IMG/VR virus record: IMGVR_UViG_3300020440_000012
Coordinates: 10,867-74,866 of that record
Length of the DNA: 64,000 nt
Reading direction: 5' to 3' (one strand)
From: a virus
Taxonomy: Duplodnaviria; Caudoviricetes
This document shows positions 56,016 through 64,000 of this stretch, one piece after another; within the stretch, counting starts at the first letter, position 1, and every line of letters starts with the position of its first letter. A program made the position numbers and the translations under genes. The notes under the pieces were generated by a model, which was not told where the DNA came from, did no database searches, and saw only the letters and a list, made by a program, of their open reading frames with translations.

Positions 56016-57401
56016 ATGAAAACAGTATCATATCTATCCAAAGAAGAACTGTTGAAAAAGTGGGAGCCTGTTCTCGATGCTGGTGACGGTATCGCTAACG
56101 AAAGCGTCCGCTTGACAACTGCTCAAGTTTTGGAAAACACTCAGTCTGACTCTACACCTGGTTCGCTAGTTGCAGAAGCACAGACTACAACGAATGTTGC
56201 TGGGTTTACTCAAAACTCAACAGCTATCGGAGCTAACGATGTTCGTTGGCCAGGGATTGTTATCCCAACTGTTCGCAGAATCTTTCCTGAGTTGATGGCT
56301 CATGAACTATTCGGTGTACAACCAATGAGTTCTTCGCTTGGTTATGCGTATGCAATCCGAGCCAAGTACGACACAGGCTCTAAGTTCTCAGCAGGTGCTT
56401 CGGCTGACAATACTGAGCTTGGATATAACACAATGAAGTCTGAGTTTACGGGTACTTCAGGTTCTGTTATTGGAACATCACTATCAGCAAACGCTAATAT
56501 GCAAGCATATGCAGGCGTAAGTGTTGCTATTTCAGCATCTAACGCTGACTTTATCGATGGCTTGGGTGCTTTAGTACAGACTGCTGAAGGTGCCGAAGTA
56601 AACGGAAGTATGCCAATGGCGAAAATTGACCTTGTAAAAGGTGCGGTTGAAGCCAAGTCTCGCAAGTTGGCGGCCAACTGGTCACCAGAACTTGCTGAAG
56701 ACCTTGCAAATCAGCATGGTGTTGATGTTGACGCTGAAATGACTAACATTTTGACTTATGAAGTTCAAGGTGCTATCGACAGACAGCTCGTAACAACAGC
56801 AGTTAAAAATGCAATCAATGACGGATATACATCTACTTTCACTCCTGCGAGTGCGGATGGACGTAACCAAGTTGAGCGTATCGGTGCATTACTTACACAA
56901 GTAATCATTAAATCTAACGAAATCGCTACCAACACAAGACGAGGAGCGGCGAACTTCGCTATTGCTTCACCTAGAGTTGCAGGCGTTATCGAAAGATTAA
57001 GCACAGCTCCAACCGTAAATGGTTCTGACCTACCGGCAGTTCCACAGGCTGGAACAGGCGCACTAACTAAAGTTGGTCTTATCAATGGCGGAAAACAGTT
57101 GTTACTTCGTGACACATTCGCTACTGAGTCGGCTGGCGCAGGTTACATCCTACTAGGATATAAGGGTAACACATCACAAGACGCTGGTGTAATTTACTGT
57201 CCTTACATTCCTCTTCAGTTGATGAGAGCGGTTAAAGACTCTGATTTCTCACCTGAAATCGGTGTTCGTACTCGTTATGGTATCTTCGAAGGCTACGGCA
57301 CAGATACTAACTGGGGTGCAGGTCGTTATTATCAGTTCATCAAAGTTGATGGATTGACTAGCAACATGCAGGTCAATGGTGGTAGAGTATTCACTTTCTA
57401 A
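56016..57401 (+). CDS. gp23: Major capsid protein
   Basis: LLKKWEPVL, VRRIFP, GVQPM, SRKLAANWSPELAEDL, YCPYIPLQ, GVRTRYG. Confidence 0.98.
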   Translation: MKTVSYLSKEELLKKWEPVLDAGDGIANESVRLTTAQVLENTQSDSTPGSLVAEAQTTTNVAGFTQNSTAIGANDVRWPGIVIPTVRRIFPELMAHELFGVQPMSSSLGYAYAIRAKYDTGSKFSAGASADNTELGYNTMKSEFTGTSGSVIGTSLSANANMQAYAGVSVAISASNADFIDGLGALVQTAEGAEVNGSMPMAKIDLVKGAVEAKSRKLAANWSPELAEDLANQHGVDVDAEMTNILTYEVQGAIDRQLVTTAVKNAINDGYTSTFTPASADGRNQVERIGALLTQVIIKSNEIATNTRRGAANFAIASPRVAGVIERLSTAPTVNGSDLPAVPQAGTGALTKVGLINGGKQLLLRDTFATESAGAGYILLGYKGNTSQDAGVIYCPYIPLQLMRAVKDSDFSPEIGVRTRYGIFEGYGTDTNWGAGRYYQFIKVDGLTSNMQVNGGRVFTF

Positions 57402-57420
57402 TCGAAGTTGAGTATACACT

Positions 57421-57454
57421 AAAAAAGAGCATCTTAATGATGCTCTTTTTTTTT
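57421..57454. terminator. Bidirectional intrinsic terminator after gp23
   Basis: A6-GAGCATC-TTAAT-GATGCTC-T9. Confidence 0.88.
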
Positions 57455-57486
57455 ATCTAAATATAAAAAACATAGTATAATATAGT

Positions 57487-58149
57487 ATGGATAAAATTAT
57501 AGTTTACACTTGTATAACAGGCGGAAAAAACGATCTTTTGGAATATGACAAAGAAGATGGTATCGAATATATCTGCTTTTCGGATACGAAAATTGAAACA
57601 AAAACAGATCAGTGGAAGGTATGTGATTTAGAGTGGGAGTTTGAAGACCCACGAAGAACCGCCAGATACCATAAATTGATGGCACATGAAGTTCTCCCTA
57701 AACATGATTACAGTGTTTGGTTTGATGGCTCTATGTTACCAAAAGTTAGAATCAGAGATTTAGTGGAATGGGTAAAGAAAGACAGCGACTTTGCTGTTAG
57801 ACCTCATCCTGGTTGGAACTGTATATACACAGAGTCATTAAGAATAAGAGAACTAAATGGTCAATTCTTTCAACTCTCCGACCAAGAGATTGATACCATA
57901 GATTCAGTACATACGAGATATTTACAAGAAGGATTTCCTGATAACTATGGTCTACATGAAACCGGTGTACTTGTGAGACAAAACAACGAAAGTGTTAGTG
58001 AGTATAACGAACAATGGTGGAAAGAAGTTAGATATAACTCAGTAAGAGATCAATTAAGTTTTGACTATGTTCGCTGGAAAACAGGTAAAAAAATCAAGAA
58101 ACTCGCAAGAGAATGGTTCCAACAAATTCAACACAAACACATGGTGTAA
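57487..58149 (+). CDS. DUF616 (TOD1/MUCI70-like) glycosyltransferase
   Basis: VYTCITG, YICFSD, SVWFDG, CIYTE, RDQLSF. Confidence 0.85.
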   Translation: MDKIIVYTCITGGKNDLLEYDKEDGIEYICFSDTKIETKTDQWKVCDLEWEFEDPRRTARYHKLMAHEVLPKHDYSVWFDGSMLPKVRIRDLVEWVKKDSDFAVRPHPGWNCIYTESLRIRELNGQFFQLSDQEIDTIDSVHTRYLQEGFPDNYGLHETGVLVRQNNESVSEYNEQWWKEVRYNSVRDQLSFDYVRWKTGKKIKKLAREWFQQIQHKHMV

Positions 58150-58151
58150 AA

Positions 58152-58958
58152 ATGAGTGAAAGAGTATTATTAGCAGGTCCTTTTTTGGGAGAGTTAGGTT
58201 GGGAATTATTTTGTTGGCAAGGTTATGTCCGTGCTAAATCCAAAGACTTTGATAGAACAATAGTTATAAGTAGACCTCTTAACAAGTATCTATATCAAGA
58301 CTTTGCTGAAGTTGTTGAGTTTGATCCAGAAAGCAACCTAACGGAAGCATGGTGGTGTAATAACGCAAAATCACCTAATGAACTTATTAAGAAAATAAAA
58401 GAAGAAAAGGGTGTTACTGCAATACTATTTGGTGATTTTGATATAGGCTATAGATGTCAGACAGACGGTCTACACACCTTATCTGATAAGTTTAAAGAGC
58501 AAGTATTTCATAAATATGGTAATTTATCTTCTTCACCATTTTCTGTTGATGTTGTAATACATGCTAGAAACAAACAAACAGGTGACTTTAGAAACTGGAG
58601 CAAAGAGAAATGGCAACAGTTAATAGACAGGTTAAATGAAGAACATGATTTACACATAGCATGTATTGGTGGTCCTGATTCTTTCCATTTAGATAACACC
58701 GAAGATATGAGAATGATACAGATGGATAAATTAACAAGTGTTTTACACTCATCAAATATGATTGTCGGTCCTAGTTCAGGTCCTTTACATTTAGCAAGCT
58801 TATGTGGTACAAAACAAATAGTTTGGAGTACAGAACATAATAGAAAAAGATATGAGAACGACTGGAATCCTTTTGATAGTGAGGTAAGATTTTATTCAGA
58901 AGAGGGGTGGGATCCTAATGTTGAATCTATTTTTAACATTATATCTAACGAGTTATGA
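58152..58958 (+). CDS. GT9-like (heptosyltransferase-like) glycosyltransferase
   Basis: RNWSKEKW and IVGPSSGPLHLASLCG. Confidence 0.72.
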   Translation: MSERVLLAGPFLGELGWELFCWQGYVRAKSKDFDRTIVISRPLNKYLYQDFAEVVEFDPESNLTEAWWCNNAKSPNELIKKIKEEKGVTAILFGDFDIGYRCQTDGLHTLSDKFKEQVFHKYGNLSSSPFSVDVVIHARNKQTGDFRNWSKEKWQQLIDRLNEEHDLHIACIGGPDSFHLDNTEDMRMIQMDKLTSVLHSSNMIVGPSSGPLHLASLCGTKQIVWSTEHNRKRYENDWNPFDSEVRFYSEEGWDPNVESIFNIISNEL

Positions 58959-59791
58959 AGATATTTTTCGTAGGTGTTTTTACAGAGGGTTCAACAAATG
59001 TTTCACAAAGAGACAGTCTACTAAAATTAGGTCATGAAGTTATAGAGTTTCCTTACAGGTCCTTTAACGATCCTAATGAAGAACTTATGAAAATCTTTGA
59101 TAAGAGTATTGACATACTTTTGATAGCAAAAGGTAACTTTATAAGTTCAGATGTAATTAGCTTATTTAAATATAGAAATGAATGCAAGTTTCACTATTGG
59201 TTTATGGATCCAATGATGAGTTTTTCCCAAGAAATGCTAGAAAAGACATTAGTATCAGATAGAGCCTTTTTTGACAAAAAGAATGTATTAGAACTTGCAC
59301 TTAAATATCACAAAAACTGTAGTTATTTATGTGAAGGATATGACGAGACTGTAGACAAAGTACAAGATATAGATTATAAATATGATATATCTTTTATAGG
59401 AAATGTGTATAATAATAGAGAAGATATACTAAATAAAATAGATAATATTAAAGTTATAAACAATGCGTATGGTGAAGAACACTCAAAAGAAGTTGGTAAA
59501 TCCAAGATAAACTTAAACATATGTACCAACAACGGTGCATCTGATAGAGTTTATAAGATTTTAGCGGCCGGTGGATTTTTACTCACGGATGATTGGGAAG
59601 GTAGAGAATTGACAGGTTTAAAAGATGGCATAGATTTAGTTGTTTATAAAAATATAAAAGACTTAAAATCTAAAATTAAGTTCTATCTTAAGTATAATTG
59701 GGAAAGAGAACAAATAGCCAGAAACGGACTAAGGTCTGTTAAAAGACTAACCAGAGAATCCTGGGCGAGAGGTGTAGTAATTGAAAAATAA
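58955..59791 (+). CDS. CgeB-like GT-B glycosyltransferase
   Basis: DISFIG, SKINLN, RVYKILAAGGFLL, REQIARNG. Confidence 0.8.
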   Translation: MKIFFVGVFTEGSTNVSQRDSLLKLGHEVIEFPYRSFNDPNEELMKIFDKSIDILLIAKGNFISSDVISLFKYRNECKFHYWFMDPMMSFSQEMLEKTLVSDRAFFDKKNVLELALKYHKNCSYLCEGYDETVDKVQDIDYKYDISFIGNVYNNREDILNKIDNIKVINNAYGEEHSKEVGKSKINLNICTNNGASDRVYKILAAGGFLLTDDWEGRELTGLKDGIDLVVYKNIKDLKSKIKFYLKYNWEREQIARNGLRSVKRLTRESWARGVVIEK

Positions 59792-60389
59792 TCCTTATAA
59801 TGTAGTTAGAATGTTTGAAGAGGAGATAGCTAGATATACTGGTTCACCTTACGCTGTTTCTGTAGATAGTTGCACTAACGCAACTTTTTTGTGTTGTAAG
59901 TATCTAAATGTAAAAGAAGTTATAATGCCTAAAAGAACATACTTATCTATTCCCATGTCTGTAATTCATGCAGGTGGTACTGTTAAGTTTAGGGATATAG
60001 AATGGTCAGGTATCTATCGATTAGACCCTTACCCTATTTACGACTCTGCAAAGAGACTAACATCTAACATGTATATTGAAGGTTCGTATATGTGTTTATC
60101 ATTTCATATTAAGAAACTATTAGGTATAGGAAAAGGCGGTATGATCTTAACTGATAACGAAGATGCCGTAGAATGGTTTAAAAGAGCAAGATACGAAGGT
60201 AGAAGTGAAAAGTTCTATAAGAACGATGATATTGATATGCTAGGTTGGAATATGTATATGACACCTCAACAAGCATCACACGGACTCTCTTTACTTCAAA
60301 ACTATCCAGAGCATGTTGAAGACATGGGTGAAGAAAACGGATATAGAGACTTAACTGAGTTTTCCGTATTTAAAAATATGGGAGATTAG
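59781..60389 (+). CDS. DegT/DnrJ-family PLP aminotransferase, C-terminally short
   Basis: VDSCTNA, IYDSA, LSFHIKK, GKGGMILTD; only 202 aa. Confidence 0.85.
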   Translation: MKNNPYNVVRMFEEEIARYTGSPYAVSVDSCTNATFLCCKYLNVKEVIMPKRTYLSIPMSVIHAGGTVKFRDIEWSGIYRLDPYPIYDSAKRLTSNMYIEGSYMCLSFHIKKLLGIGKGGMILTDNEDAVEWFKRARYEGRSEKFYKNDDIDMLGWNMYMTPQQASHGLSLLQNYPEHVEDMGEENGYRDLTEFSVFKNMGD

Positions 60390-61082
60390 ATGCAAGTACT
60401 CGTACTAAGCTGTGGTAGAACAGGCACAAACATGCTACTTGAAATAATGAGAGGTAACTCAAGATTAGAGGCTACACCTTTTGCGGAAGACAAATACGTT
60501 TTTCAAGATTCTAGAGAACTACCTAATGGCTATCTAAGCAAGTGTGATACTGTCTATATAAATGACACAAAACAAATAGATGAATTATTTAATAAAAATC
60601 CTTTACTGAGAGTTTTATTTACAGTTAGAGATTGGCGTGACTGTGCAATGTCTAAATTTTACAGAGGTCAACCCGGTCAAGATAATCATATTATTGCGGA
60701 TGATGCCACTGTAGAAGGTTGTATAGAAGATTTAAAATGGATGGAAACAATTCATGATTATCTAACAGAAAAATACCCCAGAAACACAATTACTGTTAAA
60801 ATGGAAGATATAATACTTAATTTTGATAGAACCATAGAAAGCATTTGTGGATTCTGTGCTTTACCTTTTGAGAGAGATAAAATGATTTCGTTTACTAATC
60901 GATATAGAAATAGTTTTAAATCTGATAGATACAAAGACATAGATAAGTCTCAAGTAGAATTATACAAGAGAATAGACACAGTTTATGAAGGATTCTTTAC
61001 AGAAGATAAAAACAAAAAAGAAATAAATGAGGTCTTTGATCGAATACAACCCCTTCTATTAAAATACGGATATACGATATGA
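60390..61082 (+). CDS. Sulfotransferase-fold protein
   Basis: SCGRTGTNML (5'-PSB-like), VRDWRD (3'-PB-like), VKMEDI. Confidence 0.7.
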   Translation: MQVLVLSCGRTGTNMLLEIMRGNSRLEATPFAEDKYVFQDSRELPNGYLSKCDTVYINDTKQIDELFNKNPLLRVLFTVRDWRDCAMSKFYRGQPGQDNHIIADDATVEGCIEDLKWMETIHDYLTEKYPRNTITVKMEDIILNFDRTIESICGFCALPFERDKMISFTNRYRNSFKSDRYKDIDKSQVELYKRIDTVYEGFFTEDKNKKEINEVFDRIQPLLLKYGYTI

Positions 61083-61810
61083 AATTATTAATAACAACAA
61101 GGTCTGACAAACATATAAGCGAAATGACCTCATTAACACACCCTTTCATAAAAGACTATGCCAAATGGTGTGGTGCTGACTTCTTAGAATTAGATCATAT
61201 TTCAGAATGTAAACACGAAGAAGGTAAATGGCATTATAGAATCATGAAACATTACGACCTATTTAATGAATATGATAGAATATTATCACTAGATTCTGAT
61301 ATTGTGATAACACCTAGATGTAAGAATATATTTGAAGAAGTTCCTTTTGAAGAGATAGGAACTGTTTATGAAGATAAAGGTAGTAGAACGCATCCTAGAA
61401 GAGCAACAATTCAAGAAGTACAAGGTCACTTTGGAGATATAGGTTGGTCGGAAGGATACATTAATACAGGTGTATTTCTTACATCAAATATACACAAAGA
61501 CATTTTCACAAAGATAGACGATAAGTTTTGGGAAGGCTGGGGATTTGACGATATTCATTTAGGATATAACATTAATAAAAACAAATTCAAAGTAAAAGAA
61601 CTTGAACATAAATGGAATCACATGACAATGTTCTCAGAAGACTGGAGTGAAAATCCAAATAGATTTGATTCATATATTATACACTATGCGGGATATGGAA
61701 TATTCGACAATAGAATAGGAAATAGAATAGATCAAATAAAGTATGATTTATCCACCATAAGCCAAGCATTAACACGACAATATGAAGAAAGTCAAAAAGT
61801 AACTAATTAG
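61079..61810 (+). CDS. GT8-like glycosyltransferase
   Basis: LDSDIVI, INTGVF, KWNHM, IIHYAG. Confidence 0.8.
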   Translation: MKLLITTRSDKHISEMTSLTHPFIKDYAKWCGADFLELDHISECKHEEGKWHYRIMKHYDLFNEYDRILSLDSDIVITPRCKNIFEEVPFEEIGTVYEDKGSRTHPRRATIQEVQGHFGDIGWSEGYINTGVFLTSNIHKDIFTKIDDKFWEGWGFDDIHLGYNINKNKFKVKELEHKWNHMTMFSEDWSENPNRFDSYIIHYAGYGIFDNRIGNRIDQIKYDLSTISQALTRQYEESQKVTN

Positions 61811-62094
61811 CTTTTAATATTAAACTTATCAATATGATCTTTATCGATCACTTGTCTTTCTTGAATCAGAATTTTTAGCTTTACAGAAAGTCTAATCATA
61901 TCGTTATCAAGTGCTTGTACTTGTTTCTTAAGTTTACTTAAAGAACCACCACATTCACTCAAAGCCGGTTTAACTTCTCGTGTAACCCATTTCCAAATAT
62001 ACCAAATAAAGTATCCTAGTCCTATCATTGCGATAACTGGAAATCCATATTGTGAAATTACATCTGCCCAGTGATTAAATTCGTATCCACTCAT
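61807..62094 (-). CDS. Small membrane protein (paralogue pair, B)
   Basis: YGFPVIAMIGLGYFIWYIW followed by a coiled coil with LDNDMIRL. Confidence 0.75.
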   Translation of the reverse strand: MSGYEFNHWADVISQYGFPVIAMIGLGYFIWYIWKWVTREVKPALSECGGSLSKLKKQVQALDNDMIRLSVKLKILIQERQVIDKDHIDKFNIKS

Positions 62095-62378
62095 TAGTCG
62101 TCCCTCGCATCTTCTTTACCTTCGCTGGCCGCAATTCTCTCTAGATTAGGTTCTGTGTTAAACGCACTTGAGAATAAGGCATCTATTTTTACGATGTCAT
62201 TGTTCATAACATCACATTTGTTTTCAAGACCTAGTAGCGATGATGATATTCCTGCCACTTGGCTAGTAACTTGTGCTAAAATAAATTTCAGAATAATAAA
62301 TAGAAACCAACCTACACCTAAAGCAACTGTAATTGGTACTCCTACTTGATTAATAAAACTAAGTATGTCTCCTGTCAT
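62094..62378 (-). CDS. Small membrane protein (paralogue pair, A)
   Basis: VGVPITVALGVGWFLFIIL followed by a coiled coil with MNNDIVKI. Confidence 0.75.
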   Translation of the reverse strand: MTGDILSFINQVGVPITVALGVGWFLFIILKFILAQVTSQVAGISSSLLGLENKCDVMNNDIVKIDALFSSAFNTEPNLERIAASEGKEDARDD

Positions 62379-62419
62379 TGTTTACACCTCTCTTTTAAAT
62401 AATAAAAGTATTTACAATA

Positions 62420-62848
62420 TTATTGCTTTATTCCATACTTTTTAAGATGTGATTCTTGATCTGGTATGTCATACCAATTACAGTCAACCCAATGAGAATC
62501 ATTTTCGAAATTAAATAAATCTATCTGTGTGATAAACGATTCACCTTTCATCACCTTCTCATCGAGTATTTTAAAGATTGTTCTTCCGTTTTTCTTTATG
62601 TATTCTTTCACACCTTCTACATAGAAGTTATTTTCGTGATTTCTTATCTTTATCCAACCTTCTATCATTGGTTTTATCTCTGGATCGTTTTCGTCTCTTA
62701 TATCACAGTCAAAGAGTGATTCGTATCTATCTTTAATCCAGTTGAAGTGAATACCTACTTCTCCGAATCCCAAAGATATATCAATAATTTCACCTTTTGG
62801 GTTTATCCAAATAGTTCTACCATACTTGTCACCGTTATATGCTGTCAT
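62420..62848 (-). CDS. Hypothetical protein
   Basis: 142 aa; WINPKG...HFNWI...GWIKIR. Confidence 0.65.
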   Translation of the reverse strand: MTAYNGDKYGRTIWINPKGEIIDISLGFGEVGIHFNWIKDRYESLFDCDIRDENDPEIKPMIEGWIKIRNHENNFYVEGVKEYIKKNGRTIFKILDEKVMKGESFITQIDLFNFENDSHWVDCNWYDIPDQESHLKKYGIKQ

Positions 62849-62851
62849 ATA

Positions 62852-63277
62852 TTATTTAACTTGTGAGCTTCCAAAATAAAATCCTACTAGTGCCAGCATG
62901 GTTTGTCGGACTTCTGGAAGAAGAACATATCCGTTCAATTCAATCCAACCATTGTCTTTACTGAAAAGATTTCCAAACAGGAGTCCAAATAATCCACCGG
63001 ATTTGTTTGCTTCTATTGTGATCGGTTCGTTGAAAAACGCCATAATAAATGGTGCGAAGATAACAGCGAATAAGGTACACAAGGCGATAGTTCTTCTTAC
63101 TACCTGTCCTGCTCTACCATCTCGTTTGGCCGCTCTATCTGCTGAGTCGTCTGCAACAGCTTGCTTTTTTAGCATCATTTCTAATTGATTTTGTTGTGCC
63201 TGTGCCTGACTGGCTATTAGCTTCATAATGAATCCTGAAAGTGAACCACCCAACATTGCTAAAATTTCTACTGGCAT
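62852..63277 (-). CDS. Holin-like membrane protein (3TM GTA-holin-like)
   Basis: N-terminal LGGSLSGF, a central TM segment, and C-terminal LVGFYFGSS. Confidence 0.55.
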   Translation of the reverse strand: MPVEILAMLGGSLSGFIMKLIASQAQAQQNQLEMMLKKQAVADDSADRAAKRDGRAGQVVRRTIALCTLFAVIFAPFIMAFFNEPITIEANKSGGLFGLLFGNLFSKDNGWIELNGYVLLPEVRQTMLALVGFYFGSSQVK

Positions 63278-63348
63278 ATTCTCCGTCTCCTATTATTAAA
63301 AAATGTTAGCGAGTATTTATAGACACTCGCTAGAGTCTTACTAAGTTG

Positions 63349-63525
63349 TTAGTCCTTGCCAAGATGCTTCTTCCATTTAGCTGGAAGTTCATCTATCTTC
63401 GCATCAATAGTAGCGGCCGCTTCTTCTGCTTCTGCTACAATTTTATTCAGCTTCTTGATATTGTTTCGAGCAATCAAAGCTCCCGCTACAATACCAACGA
63501 CTAAACCAATAATAAATGCAATCAT
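63349..63525 (-). CDS. 58-aa N-terminally anchored membrane protein
   Basis: Not in the ORF track: MIAFIIGLVVGIVAGALIARNNIKK...; AAGGAG RBS and TATAAATA near 63560. Confidence 0.7.
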   Translation of the reverse strand: MIAFIIGLVVGIVAGALIARNNIKKLNKIVAEAEEAAATIDAKIDELPAKWKKHLGKD

Positions 63526-63570
63526 GATTACTCCTTTATTTTTTTACTACTAATCCTATTTATACAAAAA

Positions 63571-63978
63571 CTAATCTTTACAAGAGTATCCCTTGTATGT
63601 TCTTTTATCCAACTCACCGTTTATGTCTTTAAGAATATCCGAAAGTGTGTTTTCTAATAGAGAATAATATACTGCTCTGTGTATGTCTAGAATAGTCATT
63701 GTTTTATCAAAAACTGTCTTTTTACTCGTATCTCTACATACACTTTTTATGAGTTGTTGTATCACATCAGCTTTTTCTTCATATATATTATCCATTCTTC
63801 TAAGTATATCACCAAATATACCCTCTTCTTCACAGGATTGTCTCCAGCATAGTCTAACCCTAGGTTGAAATGACATCCATGTTGATCTAAAGTCTTCTAA
63901 GGAAGAGTCAAAATAATCGTTTTTTGATATGGTCTCTACAATTTCATTATATAGGCAATCAAGCTTAATGTCAAGCAT
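63571..63978 (-). CDS. Hypothetical protein
   Basis: 135-aa ORF. Confidence 0.55.
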   Translation of the reverse strand: MLDIKLDCLYNEIVETISKNDYFDSSLEDFRSTWMSFQPRVRLCWRQSCEEEGIFGDILRRMDNIYEEKADVIQQLIKSVCRDTSKKTVFDKTMTILDIHRAVYYSLLENTLSDILKDINGELDKRTYKGYSCKD

Positions 63979-64000
63979 ATCTGTGAACAGCTTTCTTCTT

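Noticed and set aside
236-63868. Many short antisense or nested ORFs in the track (e.g. 236-445, 557-802, 8959-9273, 35710-36201, 40808-41221, 41360-41686, 56342-57115)
   Set aside because: They are shadows of real genes on the other strand or frame, with Ser/Phe-rich composition mirroring Glu/Lys codons and no RBS.
1-64000. Stop-codon reassignment (as in some large phages)
   Set aside because: Core genes are full length in code 11, and all three stops end genes (TAG for gp45, nrdA and nrdB; TGA for gp47).
1-64000. CRISPR array, integrase or IS element
   Set aside because: No repeat-spacer periodicity in any intergenic region and no recombinase or transposase ORF. The TnsA-like ORF at 4402 is the T4 gp4 family.
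1-64000. Eukaryotic giant virus (NCLDV) or bacterial chromosome origin
   Set aside because: The PCNA/RFC-like, PolB and glycosyltransferase genes sit with T4 gp18, gp20-23, gp55, Shine-Dalgarno sites and TATAAATA promoters, which marks a tailed phage.

Overview
A gene-dense, AT-rich 64 kb segment of a large lytic T4-like myovirus (standard code 11; no integrase, CRISPR array, intron or intein seen). It carries the T4-type replication/recombination core (gp43, gp44, gp45, gp61, gp46/47, UvsW/Y, NrdAB), head and tail genes (gp4, gp15, gp18, gp20-23, two gp14 paralogues), both gp55 and a full sigma70-family factor, three tRNA-like genes and three blocks of sugar-nucleotide/glycosyltransferase genes. 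The most unusual observations are: (1) late ORFs that look like capsid-packaged polyproteins, with modules separated by prohead-protease-type Glu sites and including ligase-like, NMNAT-like and nuclease-like modules; (2) a phage-encoded PEP-CTERM surface protein; (3) a 1614-aa tandem serine protease between two insert-bearing neck paralogues; (4) a non-canonical tRNA-Gly with its own promoter; (5) a small H-type RNA pseudoknot present twice with compensatory changes; (6) probable leaderless transcription of replication genes. All family calls come from motif recognition by eye; no database search was run.
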